Of a stretch of DNA of 64,000 nt, positions 24,073 to 35,637 are shown piece after piece; the stretch's first letter is position 1, and the number at the start of each line of letters is the position of its first letter. The notes under the pieces were generated by a model. The model was not told where the DNA came from, ran no database searches, and saw only the letters and a program-made list of their open reading frames with translations. Both the position numbers and the translations under genes were made by a program. This DNA is from Amphiscolops sp. MND2022 (lineage: Eukaryota): positions 89,406,001 to 89,470,000 of the forward strand of contig OZ076409.1 of NCBI GenBank assembly GCA_964187785.1, in the 5' to 3' direction.

Positions 24073-24918
24073 ATGGCAAACTTTGACGTCGATGGAAAAT
24101 GCTCAGAAGTGTGCAAGCAATGCAAAAAACTGATGGGCCAAAGTGAAGCAGTCTTCAGATGTCTGTCGTGCTGTTGTGCAATGCATCTCAACGAGTGTGT
24201 TGGGCTATCAAAAAACTTAGTCAAGGCGATCCAGGAACTTGGGAGCAATATCCTACTTCTCTGCAATGAATGCGTGGAGGCTGGAAGACGGGACGCAATT
24301 GTGGAAAGGGAAGCTTCAACGAGATGGGAAGAGAAAAACGAAGCTAAGTTTGATTTTGTTAAAAGCCAATTGTCTGAAATCAAAGAAACAATGGCGGATT
24401 TAAAAGATAGGTCAAATATTGATCCGATCTCTGCACCCACTGAACGTAGACCCCCTCCCGAAAAATATGATACAAACGTTGAAATTCGTATCTCAGGTCT
24501 AGATGAATACAAGTCAAAGCCAAATGAAAAAACTTCTTCCGCCATTGTAAACTTTGAAACTCAGCAAGTTGAAGAAATATTTGATTTCCTCGGAGAAGAA
24601 AAACCGGACATAAAAAACATTAGAAGGCTTGGGAAAAGAAATACTGAAACCGATCGACCTCGCACAATGATACTAACTCTGTCAAACCCTTGGACGGTTC
24701 GAAAAATTCTGTCAAAGGCACCGATGCTTAAGAACTTCAAACCTCAAAATGCGAACAAATTATATATGTCCAAATCATTGACAAAAAGTGAACAACTGAA
24801 ACAGAAAGCATGCCTTCAAAAAAGATGGAAGTTAATAACTGAGGATGGTATTAACCGAAAAGATATCTCTGTACGAAACTTCGAAGTCTATGTAAACGGG
24901 AAAAGAGTTGAAAATTGA
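24073..24918 (+). CDS. LINE ORF1 protein (PHD finger, coiled coil, RRM-like IRRLGK/RPR motifs)
   Basis: Intact 281-aa ORF: CKQC..CLSC..HLNEC..LLCNEC, IRISGLDE, IRRLGK..DRPRTMILTL, YMSKSLTKSE. Confidence 0.85.
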   Translation: MANFDVDGKCSEVCKQCKKLMGQSEAVFRCLSCCCAMHLNECVGLSKNLVKAIQELGSNILLLCNECVEAGRRDAIVEREASTRWEEKNEAKFDFVKSQLSEIKETMADLKDRSNIDPISAPTERRPPPEKYDTNVEIRISGLDEYKSKPNEKTSSAIVNFETQQVEEIFDFLGEEKPDIKNIRRLGKRNTETDRPRTMILTLSNPWTVRKILSKAPMLKNFKPQNANKLYMSKSLTKSEQLKQKACLQKRWKLITEDGINRKDISVRNFEVYVNGKRVEN

Positions 24919-27050
24919 CTACAGAACATAAACAAAGAATTCTATATCTTGTGTTTCAACATTAGAAGTTTGTACAAAGTGAATAGACGCCAAACCTTTT
25001 CCAATTACCTCCTGAGTAAGAACTACGACATCATTTGTATCGCAGAAACCTGGCTCACCGAGGAGATAGCAGAAAACGAATTATTTCTCCCTCAGTATCA
25101 ATGTTTTGTATCAAATCGCAAATCAACTCCGAAAACCACTTCTCATGGAGGTACTATGATATGTATCAAACGAACTATAAACTCAGAACAACTGTATTTT
25201 GACTACGAAGTGAATGGATCGGTTACAGCGTGTAATGCTACCCCAGGAAAGAAAAACACCCTCATTTTGTGCTGCTATTTTCCTCCTGAAAACAGCAAGT
25301 ATGCGTATAATGAAGACCATTTGCAATCTTTCTTCAGGAATATTGGAATCTTACAAAAGAAGTTTAATGAAGTAATGATATATGGCGATTTTAATTTTCC
25401 GACAATAAACTGGAAAAGTCTTTCATCTTCTATTCACCTAGAAAACAAATTCCTTGAACACCTGGAGTCACACGCTCTACAACAGAAAGTAAATTTCCAT
25501 ACGACTAGCTCTGGAATTTTGGATTTGTTTTTGGTGAGTGACAATGTTCAAGTAGTAAACGTCGTCAGCATCGAAGATAGCAACATATCGAAACTGTCCA
25601 ATCATTATCCTTTTGAAGTCCAATTCAGTGTAAAAATAAGCGACCTTCTACTAAGAAGCTGTGTCACACAACAAATCTACAGTTTCTGCAGCGGAAATTA
25701 TGGAGAGCTCTCAAAATATATCACTGAGAACAAATTCTTTAGTTACTGCTGGTCAAATCCAAACAAAATCCTAGAACTATGGTATGAATGGCTTGATTGT
25801 GCTTTAGAGGTGTATATTCCAAAGAGAACCATGCACAGATCATCATTACCACCCTGGATATCGAAAGAAACCTCGCATTTGATAAAATGTCTAAAAACGG
25901 CTAGGAAAAGATATGGAGAGTCTCATACGAAAGTTAAAGATTTAGCTTAAAAGTCGAAATCAAAGCAACAAACGACAAAATTACCTACGAACAAAACATG
26001 GCAGGGGAAAGATCTACAACAATGCCCTTCAAATATTTCAGAGCTTTCAGGAAAGAAAATTTACCAAAAAAGATGAATTATGAGAAAGCATCAGCTGACG
26101 ATGATTTATCCAAAGCCAACCTCTTTGCGACGTATTTTGCCTCAGTATACACGCATTCAACAACCTTTCATCAAACGAGTGAAAATTCAGATGTGAAAGT
26201 TATCAGCGATATCCTCTTCAGCGAAAAGGAAGTCATGACTATATGTAAAGATCTGAAAATAAATAAGAGTAAAGGTCCTGACGGACTACCTCCTTTGCTC
26301 TTCAAGAAAATCTGTCTTTCTATACCACACTCTCTATGCCAACTCTATCGAAAAATTTTACAAACGGGCATTTTTCCGGATCTCTGGAAACAAGCTGTTG
26401 TTATTCCTATATTCAAAAAAGGTAGCAAGTCAGACGTCACAACTTACAGGCCAGTATCTCTATTGAGTATTCCTTCTAAAATATTCGAACATACTCTTTT
26501 CAAAAAATTATACGAGCACTGTGCCGAATACCTTCATGTGTCTCAGTATGGTTTCAGAAAAAACCGCTCTCCCATTATTCAGTTGATTACGTTTCTCCAA
26601 AAAGTTTACAATGGAATTGAGTCTCAACAAGATATCGACATATTATTCACAGATTTCAGTAAAGCTTTCGACAGAGTCGACCATGGTATTTTACTACAAA
26701 AATTACATGATATTGGTGTACGTGGAAATCTATTCGAAGTTTTGAAATCTTACCTTTATGGTCGCTCGCAAAGAGTTAGGATAGCAAACGAGCTGTCAAA
26801 AGAGATCTCAGTAACAAGTGGCGTTCCCCAAGGCAGTATTCTCAGTCCACTGCTGTTCCTGATTTTCATCAACGACATGCCAGGAAAATGCGAACACATT
26901 ATTCTTTTGTTATTCGCGGACGATGCCAAATTTTTAAGTGTTGGCTTTTCTCAAAATTTGGCACAAGAGGACCTAGATGTACTACTCGAGTGGACTAAAC
27001 TAAATAAATTACCCTTTAACATGGATAAATGCAACCATATGGAAATTGGT

Positions 27051-27500
27051 CAGTGTTTTCAATCCATTTCCAAGTACTTGGTACCAATTCCAATTCCCAC
27101 CCATTTCAATTCCAATTCCAAGTAATAACCTGGTAAATTTCAATTCCAATTCCCAATTCCAATTCCAATTACTAAATTGATTTTTGATTTCGAATGAAGT
27201 CTACAAACATTTCTTAGTTGAATTCAAAAATGACCGTAAAACGGAATTTCGTAAATGCATGAGATGCTCTACAGTAGTAAAAGCTGTAAATGGTGGCACA
27301 AGTGCAATGCTCAAGCATATTTCTAATTGCAAAGGACCAACAAAAGTGTTGGTGTCCGGTCAAAGAACACTGAATATGCCACGAAATCTTTCCAATTCCA
27401 ATTTCAATTCCTGCGCTTGGAATTGGTCAATTCCAATCCCACAATTCCATAGTAGCTCACCAATTCCAATTCCTGATAAACCAAGTACTTGCAATCACTG
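27051..27500 (+). mobile_element. Non-autonomous hAT element with BED zinc-finger remnant
   Basis: 8-bp TSD AAATTGGT (27043-27050, 27501-27508); CAGTG...CACTG termini; CAATTC subterminal repeats; VYKHF...KCMRC...GGTSAMLKHISNC. Confidence 0.9.
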
Positions 27501-27603
27501 AAATTGGTAAAAGTCAAAAACAACCAAAATTTGGAGACGAACTAATACAGCTGGTGTCAGTTCAATCTGACTTGGGTTTAACGATCTCAAATGATTTGAA
27601 ATG

Positions 27604-28731
27604 TGGAGGGTGGAATAAGATCTAAAGAATAAGATCTAATGGAATAAGATCTAAAATTTTAACATGCTCATTTTCACACTAGTGGAATAAGATCTAAATT
27701 GGATTAAGATCTAATGGAATAAGATCTAAAATCTTATTCCACCCTCCCAATGTTCACGATCTATTTTTTCCTGGATAATTGTCAAAGGTGTAATTTTTCC
27801 CGAGTATTCCAGGTTGTGATGTCAAATTTTGAAAAAATAGAAGGAAAAAGAAAAGGTTCCATCAATTACGTACATCAAGGATTCATTTATACGAAAAATA
27901 ACGCGGATTCCATTAAAACGAGGTTAAGATGCCATCGATGGCGAGATGGATGCAAAGGCACAGCCTTTATTCAAGAAAACACTTTTCACGTGAATATTAA
28001 TTGCAGTCATGAGCCTGAAATGTCGGAAGTTAAAAAAAGAAAAGTCGAAAGTGAAATCAAAAACGCTGCAGGAAGTACCTGTACACCACTCCGCCAAATA
28101 TACGATAAGCTTATCACCAAAGATTCCAACACTTTGGAGATTCCAACACTTTGCAGGAAGTACCTGTACAGCACTCCGCCAAATATACGATAAGCTTATC
28201 ACCAAAGATTCCAACATTCAACCTTTTGTGAAACTCAAATGGGCTATGGGCAAGCGAAGAAAATTAAATTTATCAGCGACACCGACCACCGCTGAAACTT
28301 TCAAAAGTGCCCTGAAAGAGAGAGCCGGCACAATTGCACCGTAATTCAGGGAAATGTCTAAAGTTGCTGATGAGTTTTTCCTTTTGTTTTTTGGAGATGT
28401 GACAAGTGAGCAAATGAAAACGGTGATTTGATTTTGTGCAAATATTGTATTTAAGCAATTCATGTGAATTGATCGTTAATCCAACCTAATTTCACAAAAA
28501 TGATTTTGGCCACACTTTTCTTATTGAATTTGAGTTTTTGAGACGTAACGTACTCCATATGGGTTTATTAGATCTTATTCTTTTAGATCTTGTTCCATTA
28601 GATCTTATTCCTTTAGATCTTATTCCATTAGATCTTATTCTCGAGTTGATTTCCTTTAGACCTTATTCCATTAGATCTTAATCCAATTTGGTGATTAGAT
28701 CTTATTCCATTAGATCTTATTCCGGCCTCCC
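27604..28731 (+). mobile_element. Non-autonomous Mutator/MULE (foldback-like) element with FLYWCH remnant
   Basis: 9-bp TSD TTTGAAATG (27595-27603, 28732-28740). TIRs are built of tandem GGAATAAGATCTAA units. ORF 27750-28193 YVHQGFIYTKN...RLRCHRWRDGCKGTAF...CSH. Confidence 0.9.
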
Positions 28732-29643
28732 TTTGAAATGGAATCTACACATAGACAAAGCCTGCTCGAAAGCTATCAGAGTCTTTCACATGATAAAACG
28801 CAACGTATCAAATCTCAATACGGAAGCAAAATTAAACCTATATAAATCTATGGTGGTGCCGGTCATCTTATATGGGAGCCCATGTTACGGAATGAGCAAA
28901 TATGTAATGCCTGAACTAAAAAATATCCAAAGAAGAGTCGTAAACTGGATTAAATTGGGAAGTGAATCTTACAAAGAAAAGCTATATTCTCTATCAATTC
29001 TACCCTTACCCATGTACGTCCAGATCAACAATCTTCTACTTTCTAAAATGCTATCAGGTCGTTACGCGTCTCCGAAGTTAAAAATACCTATTTACTCAAG
29101 TTTCTCCCGCCATAATCTGTTTCAGCTGAAAAGACCGAACAGAAAGATACTGGAGGAAGATTTCTTCTTTCAAACATGCAGACTAGCAGACTCCCTAAAA
29201 ATTGACCTACTTAACCAGATAGACTTAAAGAAGACGCTATTAAACTTGTTCTGGAGAAACTTCGAAAATTACGACGAAAGATACAAATGCTCGTGGAGAC
29301 TAGCATGTGATTGTACGCCAAACAATTGCAGAAGCAAGACGTCAATATCAAACCTATAACTGAAGGGGGTGAACACCCCTTGTGTTTTCCAATAACACTA
29401 AAGCCCTATTACTACTTACTACTACTACTACATTAAGATCTCCTTTTCTTCTGGTGATATACAAATTTTTATACTAGCTTGTAAAAGTTTGTGCGTAAAT
29501 GGACTTTTTATAAGATGTGTAAAACTAATTGCCAGCAAATAGTGGCATTTTCGCTATCAAAAGTTCCAATTTTGGTGGCATAGATTTGTGTAGAGATCCC
29601 TGACATCTTTTCAGAAATTAATGGATTGATTTAATTTCTAATC

Positions 29644-32600
29644 ATGACATCTTTATCCGAACGTGTGACAGTTTCTGGATCTTTCCATGAGTCAAGACGA
29701 AAAATAGCCAGTGCACGAGAGCGCTACCAGGATGAAGATAACTATATTGCGTATTCTCAACTGCTTCCTAGTACCAAATATTGGAATTCCAACGAGCTCT
29801 TGCCTACAAAGAAAAATTTCCCCATTGAAAGCTTCAGTGATGACAGTAGATTAAGTTATGAATGGTATGACAAAGCTGATACTATTGATGAACCATCCGT
29901 TTTGGATCTGCGCAATGATGATAGCAACATTCGAATGACATACGGGAGACATCGAAGTCGAAGGTTACAATGCTCTAGATTTACAAATTGTTTTGTATCA
30001 ACTGGAAAAAGTTTTGCCTTCTTGCGCTTGAAGTTCTTGAGTCCTCAATACGCGTAAAATGAGTTATGAAAAGCAGTTTGAATTCCTGTTTGCCAAATCC
30101 TTGAGGACCTTTTCATTCTGCATCCATTAGAATTCATCAAAATGAATTACTCCTTATTTCGTAATAAAGTTTTTGCGTAATTATCAGTGATATCCACACT
30201 TGTTCCGATTTGTAATTTTTGTAGAATATTCATCGTTTATCATCTGTTTCCTGGGCTCATATGATGAAACAAGATAGCTTTAAATGTGCTAAATTGATTC
30301 ATGTAACCTTTTTAGTGCTCCACTGAGAAGGAATTTAGCAGTAAGTCGCTCTGCTGCGTCGGAAAGAAAAAATAGAATAAATAAAGACGATCCTTCAACT
30401 GCCGATACTACAAATCAATCGTCGAAAGATATCGATGCATGGCAAAATTGGCTGGAAGAAAAACGAAAGCTTCAACTCGCTGAGCAGGAAAAAGTTAGTT
30501 TTACACTTTAATTTTCTGTCATCAAAATTTCATATTTATGGTGTCTCGAAAAATCAATCGAATTGCGAAGTGACCTGCAAAAAGCGATCCAAGGAAAATT
30601 TTTGCAAATTCGACAACTTCCATTCTGTCGGTCATCAATGGTTTAGAACAATGTCACTAGGTGAAGCACAGCGGAACGCACAAAATTTTGTGTCTTCAAA
30701 ATCATAAATAAACAAGGCACTATAAAAAAGGAAAACATGAAATTTAATGGGCAAACACGACAGCAAAAGCAATACTGAATAGGTTTTTTCTGGAGTTCAA
30801 AAATGAGATGGATATTCCCGAATTGAATAAAATGTGTCGGAAGAGTTTTAGATTTCTATAACTATGATGAAGTACTTTTGTTATTTAATTTAACTTGAAT
30901 GCCCTTTTTAGTCATAATATTTTACACCGCTTTGTTTTAAAGGGTTAATAACAAAGATCTTCAGCGTTTTCACTGAAAAAATTGAACTTTTTTGTCAATC
31001 ATATAAATTAGAGCTCTAATTACGCAATTCAATCTTCAACTCAAAAGGTCTGGACGTCTGAAGTGGTCATTTCGTTATCTCGTAATGTGCGAAAAAGTTA
31101 TTTGTCTCCGAATAAAAAAATCAATCTGAATGCGCTTAGCAAGCTGAACTGCAGTGTTCAGAGTTCGTTGACAAGTATTTGGAATTTTGAGAGCTCGAAA
31201 GAGTTCGGGTTAGTAGGTGAACCACAAAAGGGAATGCGTCAAAATTTCGCTTTTCAAATGGTATTATTTGTAATCAAAGCACTGAAAATTTTTCACGAAT
31301 ATTTTGCGTCTCCCGTTTTTTGTTCACCTACTATTTTTCGCTCAAATCAAGAGCAAAATATTAGTAAACAAAACATCAAAAAGCGTTTCCAACCGAATCG
31401 TGAGTGAACTGTGAGCTTTCAATCAAAAAGTGCGGAACTAAATTTCAAACTATCTGTGATCGAATCGAATTGATGTAGGTTTTTTGCCCCGAAGAAAGCT
31501 TCAGTTTTGATATAACTGGTAATTTTGAACATAAGCGGGGTTCCAGTACGAATGTCCTTTTTGTTCTGATGAAAAATTAAAAGAGTAATAAAAAGGGCCT
31601 CTTAACCCTAAATGGACCAAGACATTTTCGGATCCATTCAAAAATCTGGTGTTTAAAGTTTAAACCGCAATATCTCCTAAACTATTCAAGTCCGACAAAC
31701 GATTCCGGACTTTGCGCCAAAACTTTGCACGCCTCGTGTCTCTGATTGCATTTCAGCATGTTTCAACACATGCTAGAGTCACTTTGACCCAATCTTGATA
31801 CCAGTGGGATAAAAGGGCAGAAACGAAAACTGGAAAAACGGAAAATCTGCGCTCATTTTTTTCTGATTTTTTGGTCCCATTTTCGTGATTTCGGAGACAT
31901 CATGTCAATATTCCGTGAAATGGCGTGCAATGCTATTTAAAATCGTCTGAAAATCTTATTCAAGAGTTTTCTTAACCATACGGTCAGCTGGTGCGTTAAG
32001 AAGTTTGCAGAATTTAACTGGTACGAAATCGTACCATGGTCCATTTAGGGTTAATGTAGTACAAGATGTAGCACCTATCGTCAAAGTGGTGTTCTTTGCT
32101 TTATTCTTCACAAAGTTGGTTTAAAAAAACTCATCAATTTGTTTTTGGAAGTTAGGTTTGTCCTGTTTGATGGTTTTAGAAAAAAGACGAAATCGAGCAG
32201 CGAAAACAAGCAGAAAAGGAAAAAGAAATGGAATCAAACAGAAGACTACAGTTGTCTAAGCTTAAAAGACAAGAATGGTTGGCCAAGAAGTTGAAGGACG
32301 AAATTGAAGCTAAATTGAAAGAAGAAAAACTTTCTGCCAGGAAAGAAAAAGAACAAGTAAGAAATTCTTTCTTATCGCCCACGCATATTTGGCGCTTTTT
32401 GAAAAGAAAAAGTGATTAGCTTTCTTTATCTAGTCTATGAATTGTATCTAGTCTATGAATTGACGCGGAAAATTACTCACTTTCCGATGCATAGAGTTTA
32501 GGTTTCGTTCCAATGTCAAGAGCAAATATCTCACTGACAAAGTTATTCGTGAGCTCGTTCTGAAGCTTACGATTGTAATCCCCCTAACTGCGGAAGAAAT

Positions 32601-35600
32601 ACTTTCTCAAAAGTAGCGGTAATTGTCATTTTTGGACCACTTTGTACATAGTTTCTCTTGAAGTTCATTTAAAAATTCTATCAAAAGGACCAGTGTTTCT
32701 CTGCATTGCTTTAATACTGAGTTATCTTGGCCGGAAAACTGCAGAAGGAGCATGTGACGTAAATTTTGTCCCTTCTACAAAATTGTTCATGTGTGATATT
32801 TCTCACTTGATTACTTCGCTATTGATCCTGTGCGGAAAATGAAGCTGCTTTCCGGGATTTTTTGTGAAATACCGTCGAATTATCACTTAACGATTGTTAG
32901 ATGTTCTGTTAGGGTATTTTGTCTCTTGATTTTCTGTGGAATGAGTGGTATTTTTAGAGCAACCTAATTTTGAGCTAATCCTTTAGATACAGCAATTTTT
33001 CTAGCAAGTAGGCAATTGTCAAGAAAGCAGTTCCCTTGGTTGTGCGCAAAAGCATTTTGTCTCTAGTTTTCTATCTCGGAATATTTCCCGAATTTCCCGA
33101 AAACTCTGCTTTTTGTATCGCCAATTAAACAAATATTTTTTAGTTGTTGTAATTTTTAATTAAAGATTAAGGAACAATAATATCCGTTTTTCTCAGTTTG
33201 AAGTAAAAAATTTATTTTTAAAAACAATAAAAAACAAAACATGTTTAATTGCATGAAAAATTTGTTTAATTTGATAAAAAACAAATGACCAACCCTGGAT
33301 ACTACTTGTTGCACGTCTTCATGTAACTTCTAAGTTAAGAGCCGAGAAAGATGCTATTCTATCGCATAGAACACTGAAATGAACTATGTTCAGGATTCAA
33401 ACTGTTCAATCAGAAATTCATTTCAAATCTTATTTAAAACAAGCCGGGCCTAAGTCGGCGCCCCGCTCAAGATAAAAAACAAGGGATTTTTTGACCAAAT
33501 AAAAGTAGCACAGTGTCGGAAAAACCGTAGGTCTTTTCCACATGTATTGAGAAAACTCTCATCAGTTCCCCAGGACCTAAAAATAACCAAAGATGGCACC
33601 TTCAAGACCTAAGGAACTGTTTTCTTTAACAGAAAACCTTAAAAATAAGTTTTCAAAAAATGGCTTTGATAAGTCGCATGGTGCCGAAAATACCTAAGAT
33701 GGCTCTTTGCTCGCAAAACAATTTGTTTGTGCTAAAAGTCGAAAGGGGTACTTCAAAATAAGTTGCATAGTTCCGAAAAAACCCGAAAGGAGGACTTTGG
33801 CCTCCCCGCTACTTTTGCAAGCATGAAAAATTTTGAAGTGCGAGACTCAAACACATACATGAAAAAATCCTGATGCGCTTCTCCGCCAAGCGACAGTATA
33901 AATTACAAGTTTCTAAGCAACAACTTATACAAACTTAAAAACATCTGTCAGTTCACCTTAAAAAGCCACTGCAGTAGTTGGGTCTTTTCTTCGATTTCGA
34001 TCGAAAACTGTTTTTATCGTAAGTTTAACCGTATAATGGGTTATTTAATTTCAGTTGAAAGAGAAGGAAGTTAAACGAGAGAAAAACGAAGAAAGAGTCA
34101 AAGAATGGAAGGAGAAGAAAAGCGTGGAAACGCGTATGATGAAAGAAAAAGTTGGTTACCGAATTTGATTGTTTTAATTAGTTAGCGTTTGCTCGAAAAA
34201 GGCATTTCGTATCCTATGTTTTAGATGAAACAGGATGAAGAGAAAGAGCGTCGAATGGCTGAAGAGAAGGCCCTCAAGTCTCAGGAGAGGTACGAGCAGT
34301 GGGTTAAAGAGGCCAGTACAAGGCCCAGTCGAGTGTCGGCCTCTTTGGGATACACGGGAGGACGACTCATTGGTAAGTTTCTCTGAAATTCTCAACTAAC
34401 ATCTCTATTACACGTTAGCTTATCCTACAGAATGTTTCGAGCAACGTATGCAGAGTTGGCATGTTTTGAAACACGGTGTTTTAAGACAAAACCATTTTCT
34501 AGATGTGTTCGGTTAAAAATTCGGTTCATTTCGGCAAATTCATTTCACATCGCCTTCAGCTAGGCTGGAGAGGGTTTTTCCATCCATGGGTCACGCACAT
34601 TCTGAAATTCGGAATAGACTGAAACCTGAGACAGTCCGTAAACTGGCCTTTTGTATGCGCTTGCTGAATTCAGCTTCATTTTCAATAGTTTTTGTGATGA
34701 TGAAGTGAATTGAGCTTTCAGCTCTCAACCTCAGTTTTAAAACGTTTTGAACGTATAAAAAACTTTTGAACGTTTTTAACCAACCCTGAACGTATGCAAT
34801 TAATTATGCAAAATATTTTTTCAACATGTTTTAAAAATTGAAACTTTGTCACTGTAGTTCAGGCTTTTGACATCGCTAATCAGCGAATTAGCGGTCACAC
34901 CGAATTTTTTCAGCGAATCAAATCAGCGGCAATTAGTAGATTGTCCAAATTCAAAATTTTCTAGTTTCAAAATGAATTTCGGGAAATTCTCACTCTGTAA
35001 AACCAGCACAGTATAAAAAATTCTAAAAAACGCATTAAATTATGGTATATATTTAAAACAATTTCCAATTCAAATATTTAATAGTTTAAAATTTGAATAT
35101 TTAATAGTTTAAAAGTTTAAAGTTTTTCGGCGAGATTGCGATTTTGAAATTAGCGGTTTAGTGATTACCGAAAGAATTAGTGATGTCAAAACTCTGTAGT
35201 TAAAGTATGAAACTCATGCTGTAAGTTTGAGAAGAGTATGAAAACTCGTTGTAGTTAAAGATGACAGTTTGCTGGTCGAGTCGATGATTTACTGTATAAT
35301 TGTTGCTCAAATGTGGGAACTAACGACCTCAAACCCTTGTTGCACCGTTTCAGGATTCTACGATTGGAGTTCTTACCCCTCTCCCTCTTATTACAACCCA
35401 GTTCCCTGGCAGCCGATAGACATTCCCAAAGATCAGAAACACATGAAGAGTAACAAATGCAAAAGCGCTCGTGCCGAGAAGAAACAGCCGTCGTTGCAAA
35501 CTAGACCTTTGTTATCAACCACCGGAAATAATCGCCCTGTATCTGCGCCCAATAAGAAGAAAACGAAAAGCAAAAAAGCATCTGAAACACTTTCGCCCCC

Positions 35601-35637
35601 GCTCATGTGGAGAGAAGTCATTGCACGTGAACAATAA
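29644..35637 (+). CDS. CCDC34: Coiled-coil protein CCDC34-like; exons 29644-29963, 30316-30493, 32180-32356, 34055-34150, 34225-34372, 35354-35637
   Basis: Phase-compatible GT-AG exons; E/K-rich coil with periodic Trp (AWQNWLEEK, QEWLAKK, EQWVKE) and GFYDWSSYPSPSYYNPVPWQPI, characteristic of CCDC34. First exon is less certain. Confidence 0.85.
31606..32050. mobile_element. piggyBac-type MITE
   Basis: TTAA on both sides and a 14-bp perfect TIR CCCTAAATGGACCA / TGGTCCATTTAGGG. Confidence 0.85.
33439..33990. repeat. Copy of Helentron/HINE-like interspersed repeat
   Basis: Starts AACAAGCCGGGCCTAAGTCGGCGCC, as do the copies at ~42257, 46740 (reverse) and 61448. Confidence 0.5.
34451..34788 (+). 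mobile_element. hAT deletion derivative with C-terminal dimerisation-domain remnant
   Basis: 8-bp TSD AACGTATG (34443-34450, 34789-34796); CAGAGTTGG/CCAACCCTG termini; LERVFPSMGHAHSEIRNRLKPETVRKL. Confidence 0.85.
34860..35196. mobile_element. MITE
   Basis: CAGGCTTTTGACATCGCTAAT / ATTAGTGATGTCAAAACTCTG inverted termini with TAGTT on both flanks. Confidence 0.65.

Larger units (their letters stand above)
24919..29359 (+). pseudogene. LINE ORF2 (APE endonuclease plus reverse transcriptase), disrupted
   Basis: FNIRSL, IAETWL, GDFNFP, LDLFL, SNHYP (APE); KSKGPDG, YRPVSLL, QYGFR, DFSKAFDRVDH, GVPQGSIL, FADDAK (RT). Frameshift near 25950 and insertions at 27051-27500 and 27604-28731. Confidence 0.9.
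23671..29431 (+). mobile_element. Full-length CR1/L2-type LINE with two nested DNA transposons
   Basis: PHD-type ORF1, APE endonuclease, RT (FADD), a 3' stem-loop and a (TAC)n tail. The 5' boundary is approximate. Confidence 0.9.

Noticed and set aside
27604..28731. Regularly repeated GGAATAAGATCTAA units resembling a CRISPR array
   Set aside because: The units are inverted at the two ends, lack unique constant-length spacers and are bounded by a 9-bp TSD. They are MULE TIRs in a eukaryote.
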